A stretch of 64,000 bases of DNA, taken from the NCBI GenBank assembly GCA_964035575.1, contig OZ037837.1:992001-1056000 (forward strand). The letters run 5' to 3'. A model generated the notes under the pieces. It was not told the origin of the DNA. It searched no databases and saw only the letters and a program-made list of their open reading frames with translations. Position 1 is the stretch's first letter. Each line of letters starts with the position of its first letter. The DNA is from Rhynchopus sp. YZ270_cl-10. Lineage: Eukaryota. Of the stretch, positions 34,023 to 44,539 are shown one piece after another. The position numbers were made by a program, and so were the translations under genes.

Positions 34023-35557
34023 GTGGGAAGGGACCCCCAAATCGGGGGATGTGTGGCAAGAAGAGTGAACCTGTGAGGTTTGGTAAAGGGCATGGTGTGT
34101 ATGATAAGGGTGGGTGGGTCAGGAGGCTGGGATGGCGGCCCTTACGTGAGTGGTGCAGGTTGCGTATTGAAGGTGGGCTTTAACGGGAAATGCACAAACC
34201 TGTGCAATGTCGTGAGGTAGGGCATGATCCATCGGTGATCACAACCCCCACCCACTGCCTCTCCCCCTCCTCCCACACACCCCGCTGCCCCTCTACCACT
34301 CCCAGGGTAAGTGGGGAGATGTGCATAGCTGCCACCTGCCTGAGGGTCACAGACGGCACAGTGCCATGTCGCGAAAGTGAACCCACACACTGAATAAAAA
34401 CACCACCCAAGATAGGCACCCCACACCAGCGCACCCCACCCCACCCACCCCAGCAAGAACGCCAAAGGTGCTCTCGTGCTGCAACCACGGCAAGCCGAGG
34501 TGCCAGACAAATGCACGAAAGCACCCCATGGCTGGGCACGTCCCTGTTCCACCCCAGCATCACCACAACGACGGCCGGGAAGCAGACAATGTACCACTCG
34601 ACCATGCGAAGTGCTTTGTTGCTTTGCGATGTCTTTAAGCCTTGCACACCCTCTTCACACCCTTCCACATGGTTGCGAAGAACTTGGCTTGCATAAAGTG
34701 AATGTGTGCAAAAGCACAGTTATCGACACAATGCTCATCTCAAGCAAAAAGGCGTTGACAATGGTACACCCCATTAGGTTCAGCAGTGACTGCCACACGA
34801 CCTGGCCCTAAAAATAAATGCAAATATCAGCTCTCAGTTTCTACATGAACCCAGACGGGCCTTGCATGCCGTTTATTTTATTGAAATCCTGTAAAAAGGC
34901 ATCCACGCCCTAACCCACCTGACCCTACCAATGCACGCTCCTGCAGGCACATCCCTTTGTATGTGGACAGACGTGCGCACTCTTTTGTTTCGACCTGCTC
35001 TTTGGGGCACGCATATATTGCGACAGTGCAGACTGCGACAAATGCTGAGCGCGACACACACTTTGCTCAACACTCACGCCCTACTGTGCGTTGCTGTGTC
35101 CTGCACAGCAATAGCACCCTGCGGTCTCGGAACTCTATTTTTCCGCTCTAGAGCGACTACTGGCAGGATCAACCAGGCTTCTTGTCACTCTAATCGATAG
35201 GGGATTGCTCCCCTGAGATCAGTGATCAAAGAGCCTAATGACGGTTGATATATTCCGGCTTCACCTGTGAAGAGGCTTTCTAAGCCTACCCCAACGGGCA
35301 CCCTCCAGGAGGCTCACCTGCTTGCTGCACTGTGTCTGCAGGGAGATGTCTGGACGGCAGCTGGACCGACAACATCTTCTTCTCATCCAGACCCCATCCC
35401 CTCCCCCCCAGCAATCCCGAACAAATGGCCAAACCACCAATTTCCCTGAGGCACTTCGCGAATCCTTCATATCCTCTGGAAGCGAGTCCCCGGAAAGGGT
35501 AGACCACAAAAAAAAACAACGAAGTAGGGTGTTCGCAGCTGCGGGAATGAAATACCA

Positions 35558-35866
35558 TCAGACCTGCTTTGCTCCGCTCGCTCTGTGTCGACCCGCGAGA
35601 AGCGCCTCGACGAGGAACACCGCGCACACACCCACTGCATACTCCGCAAGATTCAACAGCAGGTCGTCCTCATGCACATACCAGTCCAGCACCTGGTACA
35701 CCACATAGAGCACGGCAGCCCCATACCACCTCCTCCCTAGCATATAAGTCGCAGCCGCTGCAAGAGCCACGTGCACAACAGCAGCTACACCATACCTGCA
35801 CCAACCCTTCAAATCAGGATACCCTGCAAGGCTACACACGAACGGCGACAGATCAACAAGACCCAT
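35558..35866 (-). CDS. Small multi-pass membrane protein (~102 aa), function unknown
   Basis: MGLVDLSPFV start; three hydrophobic segments (GVAAVVHVALAAAATYML, YGAAVLYVVYQVL, LAEYAVGVCAVFLVEALLA); coding-like composition. Confidence 0.55.
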   Translation of the reverse strand: MGLVDLSPFVCSLAGYPDLKGWCRYGVAAVVHVALAAAATYMLGRRWYGAAVLYVVYQVLDWYVHEDDLLLNLAEYAVGVCAVFLVEALLAGRHRASGAKQV

Positions 35867-37087
35867 GGGATACAAAGATTCTATTTGTTGTAAGGGCTCT
35901 GGATGCAGATAGAGAAGAAGAGAAGAAGAGGGGGAAGAATGGTGAAGGGGGGAAAGCCAAGGTTTTCCTCCTTGGGTGGTGGAAGGGAGGGGTGCCGTTG
36001 GGTGCCTCAAGGAAAAGTTCTGGGGGGGAAATACCCGATTTTTAGAGGAAACGATCTTTGCACTTTCAGCGTTTCTCATATCTATGCACAGCGCAAGGCG
36101 TGCCTTTGTGGATACCCAACCATGCAGGCAGACACATCCATTACGTGGTTTGCATCTGAGTACAGACAATAATAGTACAAAAAAAGAAATTGAAAAAGAA
36201 TGTCGTTGATTTATAGTCGCTGTTGAAAACCACGTTGTTTTTGTTCTTCCTTTTTGCTTCCAACATTTTTATAAGCTTTTTTTTTGGGGGGATACACGCC
36301 CCACGTGTCGGTTCTGTGGAAAAAATGGCACGGAACCACCTGTGCTGCCCCTTTTCATGTCTATTCATGGAAACTGTATCAAAGTGATACCGGGTAAAGG
36401 CGTTGAGAAAAAACAAAGAACCGGCGCGCTGTTTGAATAACTAAGTGTTTCTCCCCGCGTCTGATTTTGTGAGGCAGAATAAAACATCATGAAAAAAGCT
36501 CGTTGCACTCCCACTATGTGTCCTCTGCGCTCTCACTATGGCACTACTCCATTTGGCTTTCTCTCACATAAAAAAGAATCCAACCCATTGCTCCACGAAT
36601 CCGTAGAGATACAAAACACCTGCTTGAAAACCACAACAGTGTTCCAAACATCCAAAACTCAAAATCTTAACGTACACTCTCTGTTGATTCTAAAACGGGG
36701 GAGGGTAAAAAAGCGCGAAAGGTAAATTGGGGAAGAGGTTGAAAAGTTGGAACACTTCCTCACCCCAGATCACACAACTCATAAATGAAAGCCAATTCAG
36801 TGGACACACTTCTGATCCTAAGAAGGACCCCACCCTCACCTTCCCTCACCCAAACCCCAAAGAAATGCTCTGTTGTTCACAACACCCAGCCAACCCTCTC
36901 AAATCCTCCCAATTGTTTCGTATGACTCATCCCAACAAACCCCACCTCACTCTGTCACCACCTCCCAAAAATAATAAAGAAGCACACCTCAGCACAGTGC
37001 AGAGCAGCCGTCGTGCAGCTGACCACACAGTGCGAGGAGTGAAGATGCACAACAACAAATGCTGCAAAAGTGAACGCTTCCTTGCTG

Positions 37088-39067
37088 TCAATGGCGTAAG
37101 TGCTGTGGTATACTGCTGAGTACAGCATTGCTACACTTATCCTTTCCATGCAAGGTCTTCAATGATGTGCACCCCTCGAAAAGCCCTCCATCAACCCAGG
37201 TGACGCATTGCAGTCCACTCAAATCAACTGTCGACAATGAAGAACACTCGCCGAGAAACGAGTACTCAATACTGGTGACACCTCGTAATGCACTCATGTC
37301 CACTGTCGTCAATGCTTCGCACTCGAAGAGGAACGCACTCTCAATGGAGGTGACGCCTTGCAATCCTCTCAAGTCAACTGTGGACAATGAAGAGCACCCA
37401 CAGAGGAAGTGTTCCTCAATCCTGGTGACACCTTCGAATGCACTCAAATCAACTGACGACAATGAATCGCACCCGCTGAGGAACCAGCCCCCAATCGCGG
37501 TGACAGCTTTGAATCCACTCAGATCCACTGTCGACAGTGAATAGCACCCGTAGAGGAACGAGTTCCCAATCCTGGTGACACCTCGTAATCCACTCAGATC
37601 AAGTGTCGACAATGATTCGCACCTGGAGAGGAACCGGTTCCCAATCGCGGTGACAGCTTGCAATCCACTCAAATCAACTTTGGTCAAAGCTTTGCACTCA
37701 CGAAGAAATTCGTTCCCAATCACAGTCACGGCAGACGCATGACTGAGATCAATGCACGTCACTGTAGTTCTCGAGAAGAAGTTGTCTGGAATCGCAGTCG
37801 CAACTCCTGCCTGCAGGAGCAAGCAAGTCACCTTCGGATCACTGCGTCGATCATTCACCTGCTTCAACCTTGCTCTCGTAAGTGTTGTCTCACCCAACGC
37901 ACGAAGTGCTGCAATGGCATCCTGCTTCGTCCTCTGTGCGTTGGTCTGCGTTACAACAACCCTGTGACCCCTCAGCTGCACCACGTCCTCTCCTTCTGCA
38001 ATCGCTTCATCTCTGAAAGTCATGTCGAAGCCGTCTTCACGCAACCCCACTGCAGACGCCACCTTCCGACGCAAGTCCCTGCCCGTGTCATCCACACTCA
38101 CCTCAATCTCGTGTTCCACTCCATCCAACCCCTGCACAAGGACAGGCATAACAAGAGCCGACATCTGGGCAAGGGCGTCGTGCACGTTCGAAACAGGCAG
38201 CTTCAGGGAAAACGTTGCGTGTGGGTGTGCAGCACCCACAAGGCGGTGGCGGTCTCCACTCGCTGCCATGCTGTTGATGCTCCGCACAACGGCCTGCGAC
38301 TCTGTGACCGCACGCAGCACCTGGTCGTCCCCAAGCTGGCACACCGCCTCGCACTCAGCAATCATGTGTCCTGCCTTCGCAACAAACGTCTTCAGCGCAC
38401 ACACCTCCCCTTCACGACTGAGTGCCTGTGTGAGGAAGCTCCGTGCCAACTCCTCCTCACACACGACTTCGCTGCGCGACACATCCTCACGCATCACGAA
38501 ATGCCCGACGCGTGTCTGCAGGAGAAGGTCTTTGTATCTGCTCTCAGTGGGTGGGAGTGCCTCAAGCACACCGCACTTCTCCTCTGCAGCAGTCCGCTGT
38601 GTTGTCAGGTCTGTCACGTGTGAGCAGAGGGTGTCACGCTGGCGTTTCATGTAGTCCGTGATGTCAACTGTCTTGTGTCCCGCATGTGTGTCGCACTTGT
38701 CACAGCGCATGCAGATCAACGCGTCTCCACACGCAGGGTCTACACAGACGAGGCACAGCACTTGGTCTGGGTGATGTGCACACTTCGACGACGTCCCGTA
38801 CGCAGTCACAGAAGCACGATGTGCCTCACGGTCACGTGGCCTTGGGTGGCAAGCGTCGTAGCACGCAGGCTTGTCGCAGAAGAACAGCTCCACACAGACC
38901 CCGCACTGCAGCTGTGCAGGCTGGTCACATATCTCACAGCTCGGCATCTGTGGTGCGGTGGGCTGCGTGTCACCCACGTTGTGTGTTTCGGAGAGGTGGG
39001 AGGGTGCAGGACCGTCCACCCGGGCCTTCTTTGTGGTGGGGGACTCACTCACGGAGGAACGCTTCAT
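37088..39067 (-). CDS. B-box x2 / coiled-coil / Ubl / BspA-type LRR protein (7 repeats plus cap)
   Basis: CEICDQPAQLQCGVC..LFFC...CYDACH (B-box1-like), CAHH...CLVC...LICMRC...HAGH (B-box2), heptad region, VLVQGLDGVEHEIEVSVDDT Ubl, 25-aa LRRs. Start set at MKRSS because the paralog is frameshifted upstream of it. Confidence 0.88.
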   Translation of the reverse strand: MKRSSVSESPTTKKARVDGPAPSHLSETHNVGDTQPTAPQMPSCEICDQPAQLQCGVCVELFFCDKPACYDACHPRPRDREAHRASVTAYGTSSKCAHHPDQVLCLVCVDPACGDALICMRCDKCDTHAGHKTVDITDYMKRQRDTLCSHVTDLTTQRTAAEEKCGVLEALPPTESRYKDLLLQTRVGHFVMREDVSRSEVVCEEELARSFLTQALSREGEVCALKTFVAKAGHMIAECEAVCQLGDDQVLRAVTESQAVVRSINSMAASGDRHRLVGAAHPHATFSLKLPVSNVHDALAQMSALVMPVLVQGLDGVEHEIEVSVDDTGRDLRRKVASAVGLREDGFDMTFRDEAIAEGEDVVQLRGHRVVVTQTNAQRTKQDAIAALRALGETTLTRARLKQVNDRRSDPKVTCLLLQAGVATAIPDNFFSRTTVTCIDLSHASAVTVIGNEFLRECKALTKVDLSGLQAVTAIGNRFLSRCESLSTLDLSGLRGVTRIGNSFLYGCYSLSTVDLSGFKAVTAIGGWFLSGCDSLSSVDLSAFEGVTRIEEHFLCGCSSLSTVDLRGLQGVTSIESAFLFECEALTTVDMSALRGVTSIEYSFLGECSSLSTVDLSGLQCVTWVDGGLFEGCTSLKTLHGKDKCSNAVLSSIPQHLRH

Positions 39068-39813
39068 TTTTTTTTCTGTGTTTTCTGAGATCTGTGTGTG
39101 GATTGTGAGTGTAATATTGTCTGTCATTGACAACAGTGATTCAGTTGTCACATACGGAGGGTGACTGAAGATGAATGTTGGAATGAAGGTCACATCCGAA
39201 ATAGAACACAAAAAAAAAACAAAATAAGAAAGAATCTTCATTTTCTTCTACGTCGCTTACTTGTCCCCCCTGCCCTGCGTCAGAGAGATTCTATGCCATT
39301 GTCCCTTTGTTGTTGAAGTCTCTTTGTTTTCTTTGATGTACTGCTTATTGTCCCTATCGTGCTGTATTTGCTTTTGGTTGCAAGTTGTAAGAAAAAAGTT
39401 TATAAGATGACTCTAAGCCTCTCGTGCTAGTCACCTTGATCGAGATGGCGGGAAAAATCATCTGCTTGAAATGACCCATGACAGTGTTCCAAACATCCAA
39501 AGCTCAAAAAATGAAAGCCAATTTAGTGGACACACTTCTGATCCTAAGAAGGACCCCACCCTCACCTTCCCTCACCCAAACCCCAAAGAAATGCTCTGTT
39601 GTTCACAACACCCAGCCAACCCTCTCAAATCCTCCCAATTGTTTCGTATGACTCATCCCAACAAACCCCACCTCACTCTGTCACCACCTCCCAAAAATAA
39701 TAAAGAAGCACACCTCAGCACAGTGCAGAGCAGCCGTCGTGCAGCTGACCACACAGTGCGAGGGGTGAAGATGCACAACAACAACTGCTGCAAAGTGAAC
39801 GCTTTCTTGTTTC

Positions 39814-41928
39814 TCACTCGCAGGAGTGGTATGGTAGACTGCAGAGTACAGCATTGCTGCACTTGTCTTTTCCATGCAAGGTCTTTAATGATGTGCACCC
39901 ATAAAAGAACCCTCTACCAATCCTGGTGCATTGCAGTCCGCTCAGATCAACTCTCGACAATGATGTGCACTCGCCGAGGAACGAGCCCTCAATCTCGGTG
40001 ACAGCTCGTAATCCACTCAGATCAACGGTCGACAATGATGTGCCATAGTGGAGGAAGCTGTTCCCAATTTTGGTGACAGCTTGCAATCCACTGAAGTCAG
40101 CTGACAACAATGATGTGCACCCGCTGAGGAACGCATTCCCAATCCTGGTGACACCTTGTAATCCACTAAGATCAACGGTCGACAATGATGTGCAGTCGCT
40201 GAGGAAGTAGTCCCCAATCGAGGTGACACCTTGCAATCCACTCAAATCAACTGTCGCCAATGATGTGCAACCGTGGAGGAAAGAGCTCTCAATATCGGTG
40301 AGACCTTGGAATCCGCTCAGATCAACGGTCGACAGTGATTCGCACTCGCAGAGGAAGTCTTGATCAATCCTGATGACACCTTGTAATGCACTCAGATCAA
40401 CGGTCGATAATGATGTGCACGCGCAGAGGAAGCTGTGCCCAATCGCGGTGACAGCTCGCAATCCACTCAAATCAACTGTCGTCAATGATGTGCAGTCGCT
40501 GAGGAACAGGTCACCAATCGTGGTGACAGCTTGCAATCCACTCAAATCGACTTTGGTCAAAGCAGTGCAGTAACGAAGGACCTGCTGCCCAATCACAGTC
40601 ACAGCAGACGCATGACTGAGATCAATGCACGTCACTGCAGTTCTCGAGAAGAAGTTGTGTGGAATCGCAGTCGCAACTCCTGCCTGCAGGAGCAAGCAAG
40701 CCACCTTCGGATCAGTCACCTCATCCAACCTTTCTTCTGTAAGTGTTGTCTCACCCAACGCACGAAGTGCTGCAATGGCATCCTGCTTCGTCCTCTGTGC
40801 GTTGGTCTGCGCTACAACAACCCTGTGACCCCTCAGCTGCACCACGTCCTCTCCTTCTGCAATCACTTCATCTCTGAAAGTCATGTCGAAGCAGCCTTCA
40901 CGCAACCCCACTGCAGACGCCACCTTCCGAAGCAAGTCCCTGCCCGTGTCATCCACACTCACCTCAATCTCGTGTTCCACTCCATCCAACCCCTGCACAA
41001 GGACAGGCACAAAAAGCGCAGACATCTGGGCAAGGGCGTCGTGCACGTTCGAAACAGGCAGCTTCAGGGAAAAGGTTGCGTGTGGGTGTGCAGCACCCAC
41101 AAGGCGGTGGCGGTCTCCACTCGCTGCCATGCTGTCAAAGCTCCGCACGACGGCCTGCGACTCTGTGACCGCACGCAGCACCTGGTCATTCCCAAGCTGG
41201 CACACCGCCTCGCACTCAGCAATCATGTGTCCTGCCTTCGCAACAAACGTCTTCAGCGCACACACCTCCCCTTCACGACTGAGTGCCTGTGTGAGGAAGC
41301 TCCGTGCCAACTCCTCCTCACACACGACTTCACTGCGCGACACATCCTCACGCATCACGAAATGCCCGACGCGTGTCTGCAGGAGAAGGTCTTTGTACCT
41401 GTCCTCTGTGGGTGGGAGTGCCTCAAGCACACGGCACTTCTCCTCTGAAGCAGTCCGCTGTGCTGTCAGGTCTGTCACGTGTGAGCAGAGGGTGTCACGC
41501 TGGCGTTTCATGTAGTCTGTGATGTCAACTGTCTTGTGTCCCGCATGTGTGTCGCACTTGTCACAACGCAAGCAGATCAACGCGTCTCCACACGCAGGGT
41601 CTTCACAGACGAGACACAGCACTTGGTCTGGGTGAAGTGCGCACTTCGACGACGTCCCGTACGCAGTCACAGAAGCGCGATGTGTCTCACGGTCACGTGG
41701 CCTTGGGTGGCAAGCGTCATAGCACGCAGGTGTGTCGCAGAAGAACAGATCCGTGCAGACCCCGCACTGCAGCTGTGCAGGCTGGTCACATATCTCACAG
41801 CTCGGCATCTGTGGTGCGGTGGGCTGTGTGTCAGACACATTGTGTGTTTCGGAGAGGTGGGAGGGTGCAGGGCCGTCCACCCGGGCCTTCTTTGTGGTGG
41901 GGGACTCACTCACGGAGGAACGCTTCAT
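39814..41928 (-). CDS. B-box x2 / coiled-coil / Ubl / BspA-type LRR protein (9 repeats plus cap), tandem paralog
   Basis: 704-aa ORF with the same architecture; flanks also duplicated (~36780-39240 versus ~39508-42110). Confidence 0.9.
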   Translation of the reverse strand: MKRSSVSESPTTKKARVDGPAPSHLSETHNVSDTQPTAPQMPSCEICDQPAQLQCGVCTDLFFCDTPACYDACHPRPRDRETHRASVTAYGTSSKCALHPDQVLCLVCEDPACGDALICLRCDKCDTHAGHKTVDITDYMKRQRDTLCSHVTDLTAQRTASEEKCRVLEALPPTEDRYKDLLLQTRVGHFVMREDVSRSEVVCEEELARSFLTQALSREGEVCALKTFVAKAGHMIAECEAVCQLGNDQVLRAVTESQAVVRSFDSMAASGDRHRLVGAAHPHATFSLKLPVSNVHDALAQMSALFVPVLVQGLDGVEHEIEVSVDDTGRDLLRKVASAVGLREGCFDMTFRDEVIAEGEDVVQLRGHRVVVAQTNAQRTKQDAIAALRALGETTLTEERLDEVTDPKVACLLLQAGVATAIPHNFFSRTAVTCIDLSHASAVTVIGQQVLRYCTALTKVDLSGLQAVTTIGDLFLSDCTSLTTVDLSGLRAVTAIGHSFLCACTSLSTVDLSALQGVIRIDQDFLCECESLSTVDLSGFQGLTDIESSFLHGCTSLATVDLSGLQGVTSIGDYFLSDCTSLSTVDLSGLQGVTRIGNAFLSGCTSLLSADFSGLQAVTKIGNSFLHYGTSLSTVDLSGLRAVTEIEGSFLGECTSLSRVDLSGLQCTRIGRGFFYGCTSLKTLHGKDKCSNAVLCSLPYHSCE

Positions 41929-42158
41929 TTTTTTCTGTGTTTTCTGAGATCTGTGTGTGGATCGTGAGTGTAATATTGTCTGTCATTGACAACAGTGATT
42001 CAGTTGTCACATACGGAGGGTGACTGAAGATGGATGTTGGAATGAAGGTCACATCCGAAATAGAACACAAATAAAAACAAAATAAGAACTAATCTTCGTT
42101 TTATTCTGTGTACGTCGTTTACTTCTCCCCCCCTCCCCTCCCCTCCCCTCCCCTCCGA

Positions 42159-43832
42159 TCAACGTCGTTTTGGCTTTTTAATTTTCCCTTTACGTTTCAT
42201 GAGTTTCCACATTTCTGGTGAGATGCATTTCTTTTGCTTTGTGATGTCTGCCCACACCGGCACGTGGGTGGTGTTCATAGGAAGGTACTCCTGCGCCCAT
42301 TTGGGAGGGATGCGGCCATGCTCATTAAATGGCACGTCTTTGCGTATGCATTTGTACAGGTTGCCTCCTGTGTGGTAGATGAGAGACTTCTGATGCGGAA
42401 AAGGTGTCAACTGGTAGTGAAAGGCGCCTGCATGCAGCTTCAAAGAACGGTTCCATCTGACAAAGTGCACCTCCGGCCAGCTATACTGCGACAGAAATGC
42501 AGGGACAATCGGCTCCAACGCCTCATCACTCCATGCCGATGAATGGTTAAACGTCCACGACAAATTCTTCACAAAGAGATTGCCATTAACGATGAGACTC
42601 TTGCCCTCCCGAACCCAGCTTACGTTTTGCGTTAACCCTGGCCACACATTCTTTCGCTTCATAGCGTCCAGCAATCCATCCGGCTGGCCCCTCGCAAAGA
42701 CCGCCTGAGGAAACCATCCATCCGATCGGTAACTACACTGCAACGTTGCGTTGAAACCGTTGTGGCCGGAGAGTCTTTTGAAGAGAAGCGCTTTGAGACA
42801 GATCTGATCGTGAGGGTGATACCAGCAACAGCCCATGCTGAGGTTCGCGTATGGTTCAGGATATTGCCCTGGTGGGAGGGGTGCAGCGGAGTTCCACCAT
42901 TCTTGCAAGAAGTCTGCTGTCCATGCGGTGCGTCGGACAGCAAAGAGGCCGGCACAAAGCTCGTCAAACGGCATATCATCCTGCATAGCAAAGGACCACG
43001 TCTCGGTATCCGGAAAGAAGGAGCCAAGAAAGACTTCTTCCTGTTGTAGGCGGAACGCTTCTCGTGTGAAATATGCGTCATTGTCTACAAGGAAGACTAC
43101 TTCGATTGAAGAGGAGAGTGCTAACGCGGAGTGTACACACATCATTTTTACAAACATATTGTTTCGAGGGAACTGTGCGAAGTTTGGATGTTCCGCGGTG
43201 GGGATGAGGCCAAGAAGGTTTGCGACACCGTGCATATCGGTGAATGCGGCGCTATTAAACATTGTCTCCCAAAAGCTGTTGACATACTTCATCGAGGTAG
43301 CGTGGCGGAGTACCACACGCTTGATTGACAATGTCTCTAATAGTTTACGACGATGGTCTATCACCAAAATCGGTCCGCAAGCTATTGGGTCCCCTATTTT
43401 GTAGACCCTCCCCTCAACTTCGTGCACCACTTCGCTCATATTATTCTTTGGAAAGCACTTCCCCATTCCACAGGTCCAATGATATGGTAAGCTGCACAGT
43501 CGAGATAGCGGAGATGTTGCTGTGGTTTTCGCATTACGAAGTCTTTCGTGGACACGCTCTGTCATGAACTCCGCCATACGCTTCCAAGGTGAAGGGTCGC
43601 CTGGATATCCCAGAAAAGGTTGGTTTTTGATTCGATCCAGATATGGGTCATGTATATCCACAATAGCCTCGTGAGTAGCGGAATATGGAATGACAACAGC
43701 AGTTGAGGTGCGTGATACCGTAAGAATACCTGAATGGTGCGTGCTATTTGAATCTAACAGCACCAAGCTGGTTGCAACAGCAAGTAGCACTAAAATGGTG
43801 GCGACTGCAGTTGCGGATCGGTAATACGACAT
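42159..43832 (-). CDS. Type II membrane glycosyltransferase, GT34 (GMA12/MNN10)-like
   Basis: N-terminal signal anchor; VFLVDNDAYF DxD motif; LCAGLFAVRRTAWTADFLQEWW and HDQICL follow the GT34 NxGxFxxR...FL..W and EQ/DQ motifs. Confidence 0.7.
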   Translation of the reverse strand: MSYYRSATAVATILVLLAVATSLVLLDSNSTHHSGILTVSRTSTAVVIPYSATHEAIVDIHDPYLDRIKNQPFLGYPGDPSPWKRMAEFMTERVHERLRNAKTTATSPLSRLCSLPYHWTCGMGKCFPKNNMSEVVHEVEGRVYKIGDPIACGPILVIDHRRKLLETLSIKRVVLRHATSMKYVNSFWETMFNSAAFTDMHGVANLLGLIPTAEHPNFAQFPRNNMFVKMMCVHSALALSSSIEVVFLVDNDAYFTREAFRLQQEEVFLGSFFPDTETWSFAMQDDMPFDELCAGLFAVRRTAWTADFLQEWWNSAAPLPPGQYPEPYANLSMGCCWYHPHDQICLKALLFKRLSGHNGFNATLQCSYRSDGWFPQAVFARGQPDGLLDAMKRKNVWPGLTQNVSWVREGKSLIVNGNLFVKNLSWTFNHSSAWSDEALEPIVPAFLSQYSWPEVHFVRWNRSLKLHAGAFHYQLTPFPHQKSLIYHTGGNLYKCIRKDVPFNEHGRIPPKWAQEYLPMNTTHVPVWADITKQKKCISPEMWKLMKRKGKIKKPKRR

Positions 43833-44539
43833 TAGAGAAAAAAGAAATTTTTATGAGATGCCCTTAAGCCTCTCTTATTAGTTGTCTTAAAAAATGGAAA
43901 GAAAAAAAAAACGGATTGGTTAAAAAGGGTATAACGTATGTCAAATGCTGACAGACACTGTAATAGATTAATCAAAGGGGGGTAAGGGGATAGACAAAAA
44001 AAAAAGCTGTGATTTTAAGGGAAAAGGGCGGGGTTGTGTATGTGTAATCGATATGCTGTAGGGGGTGGAGGGGGTGGAGGTGTGCTTGATAAATCCTGCA
44101 GGATGGCGACAAAGTGAATGTGATATCCAAGCATGAGTCCTCAACAAGGTGGCGACAGGGGTGCGGTGCAGAGTGAAAGCGTACATCGGATTTTGCGGTT
44201 TTAGAGTGGTTGAAATGTGCGAAAAATGCAGCTCTTGAGTTCTTCGCAACAAAAGGGAGGAAACGAATAAAAAGAGTTCCCACCAAAAACCCTTTTTTTT
44301 TTATAGAAGGGGTATTGGTATGGTCCATACCTCCAACAAACCTATCTTTTTTCTTCTTCTTATTCTTCCCTTACCATATCATGAGAGTTTGAGACAAATG
44401 AAAAAAAAAAAAACATAACTCTTGGCACGGTCACTTTTTTTCCTTTTTTTCCTTCTTTTGGGCGCAGCCAATCCTTTATGTAAAGGCACGTTTCATTTCT
44501 GGTTTTCCCTAATTTTTTTTTTAAAAACTTGGTTGTATT

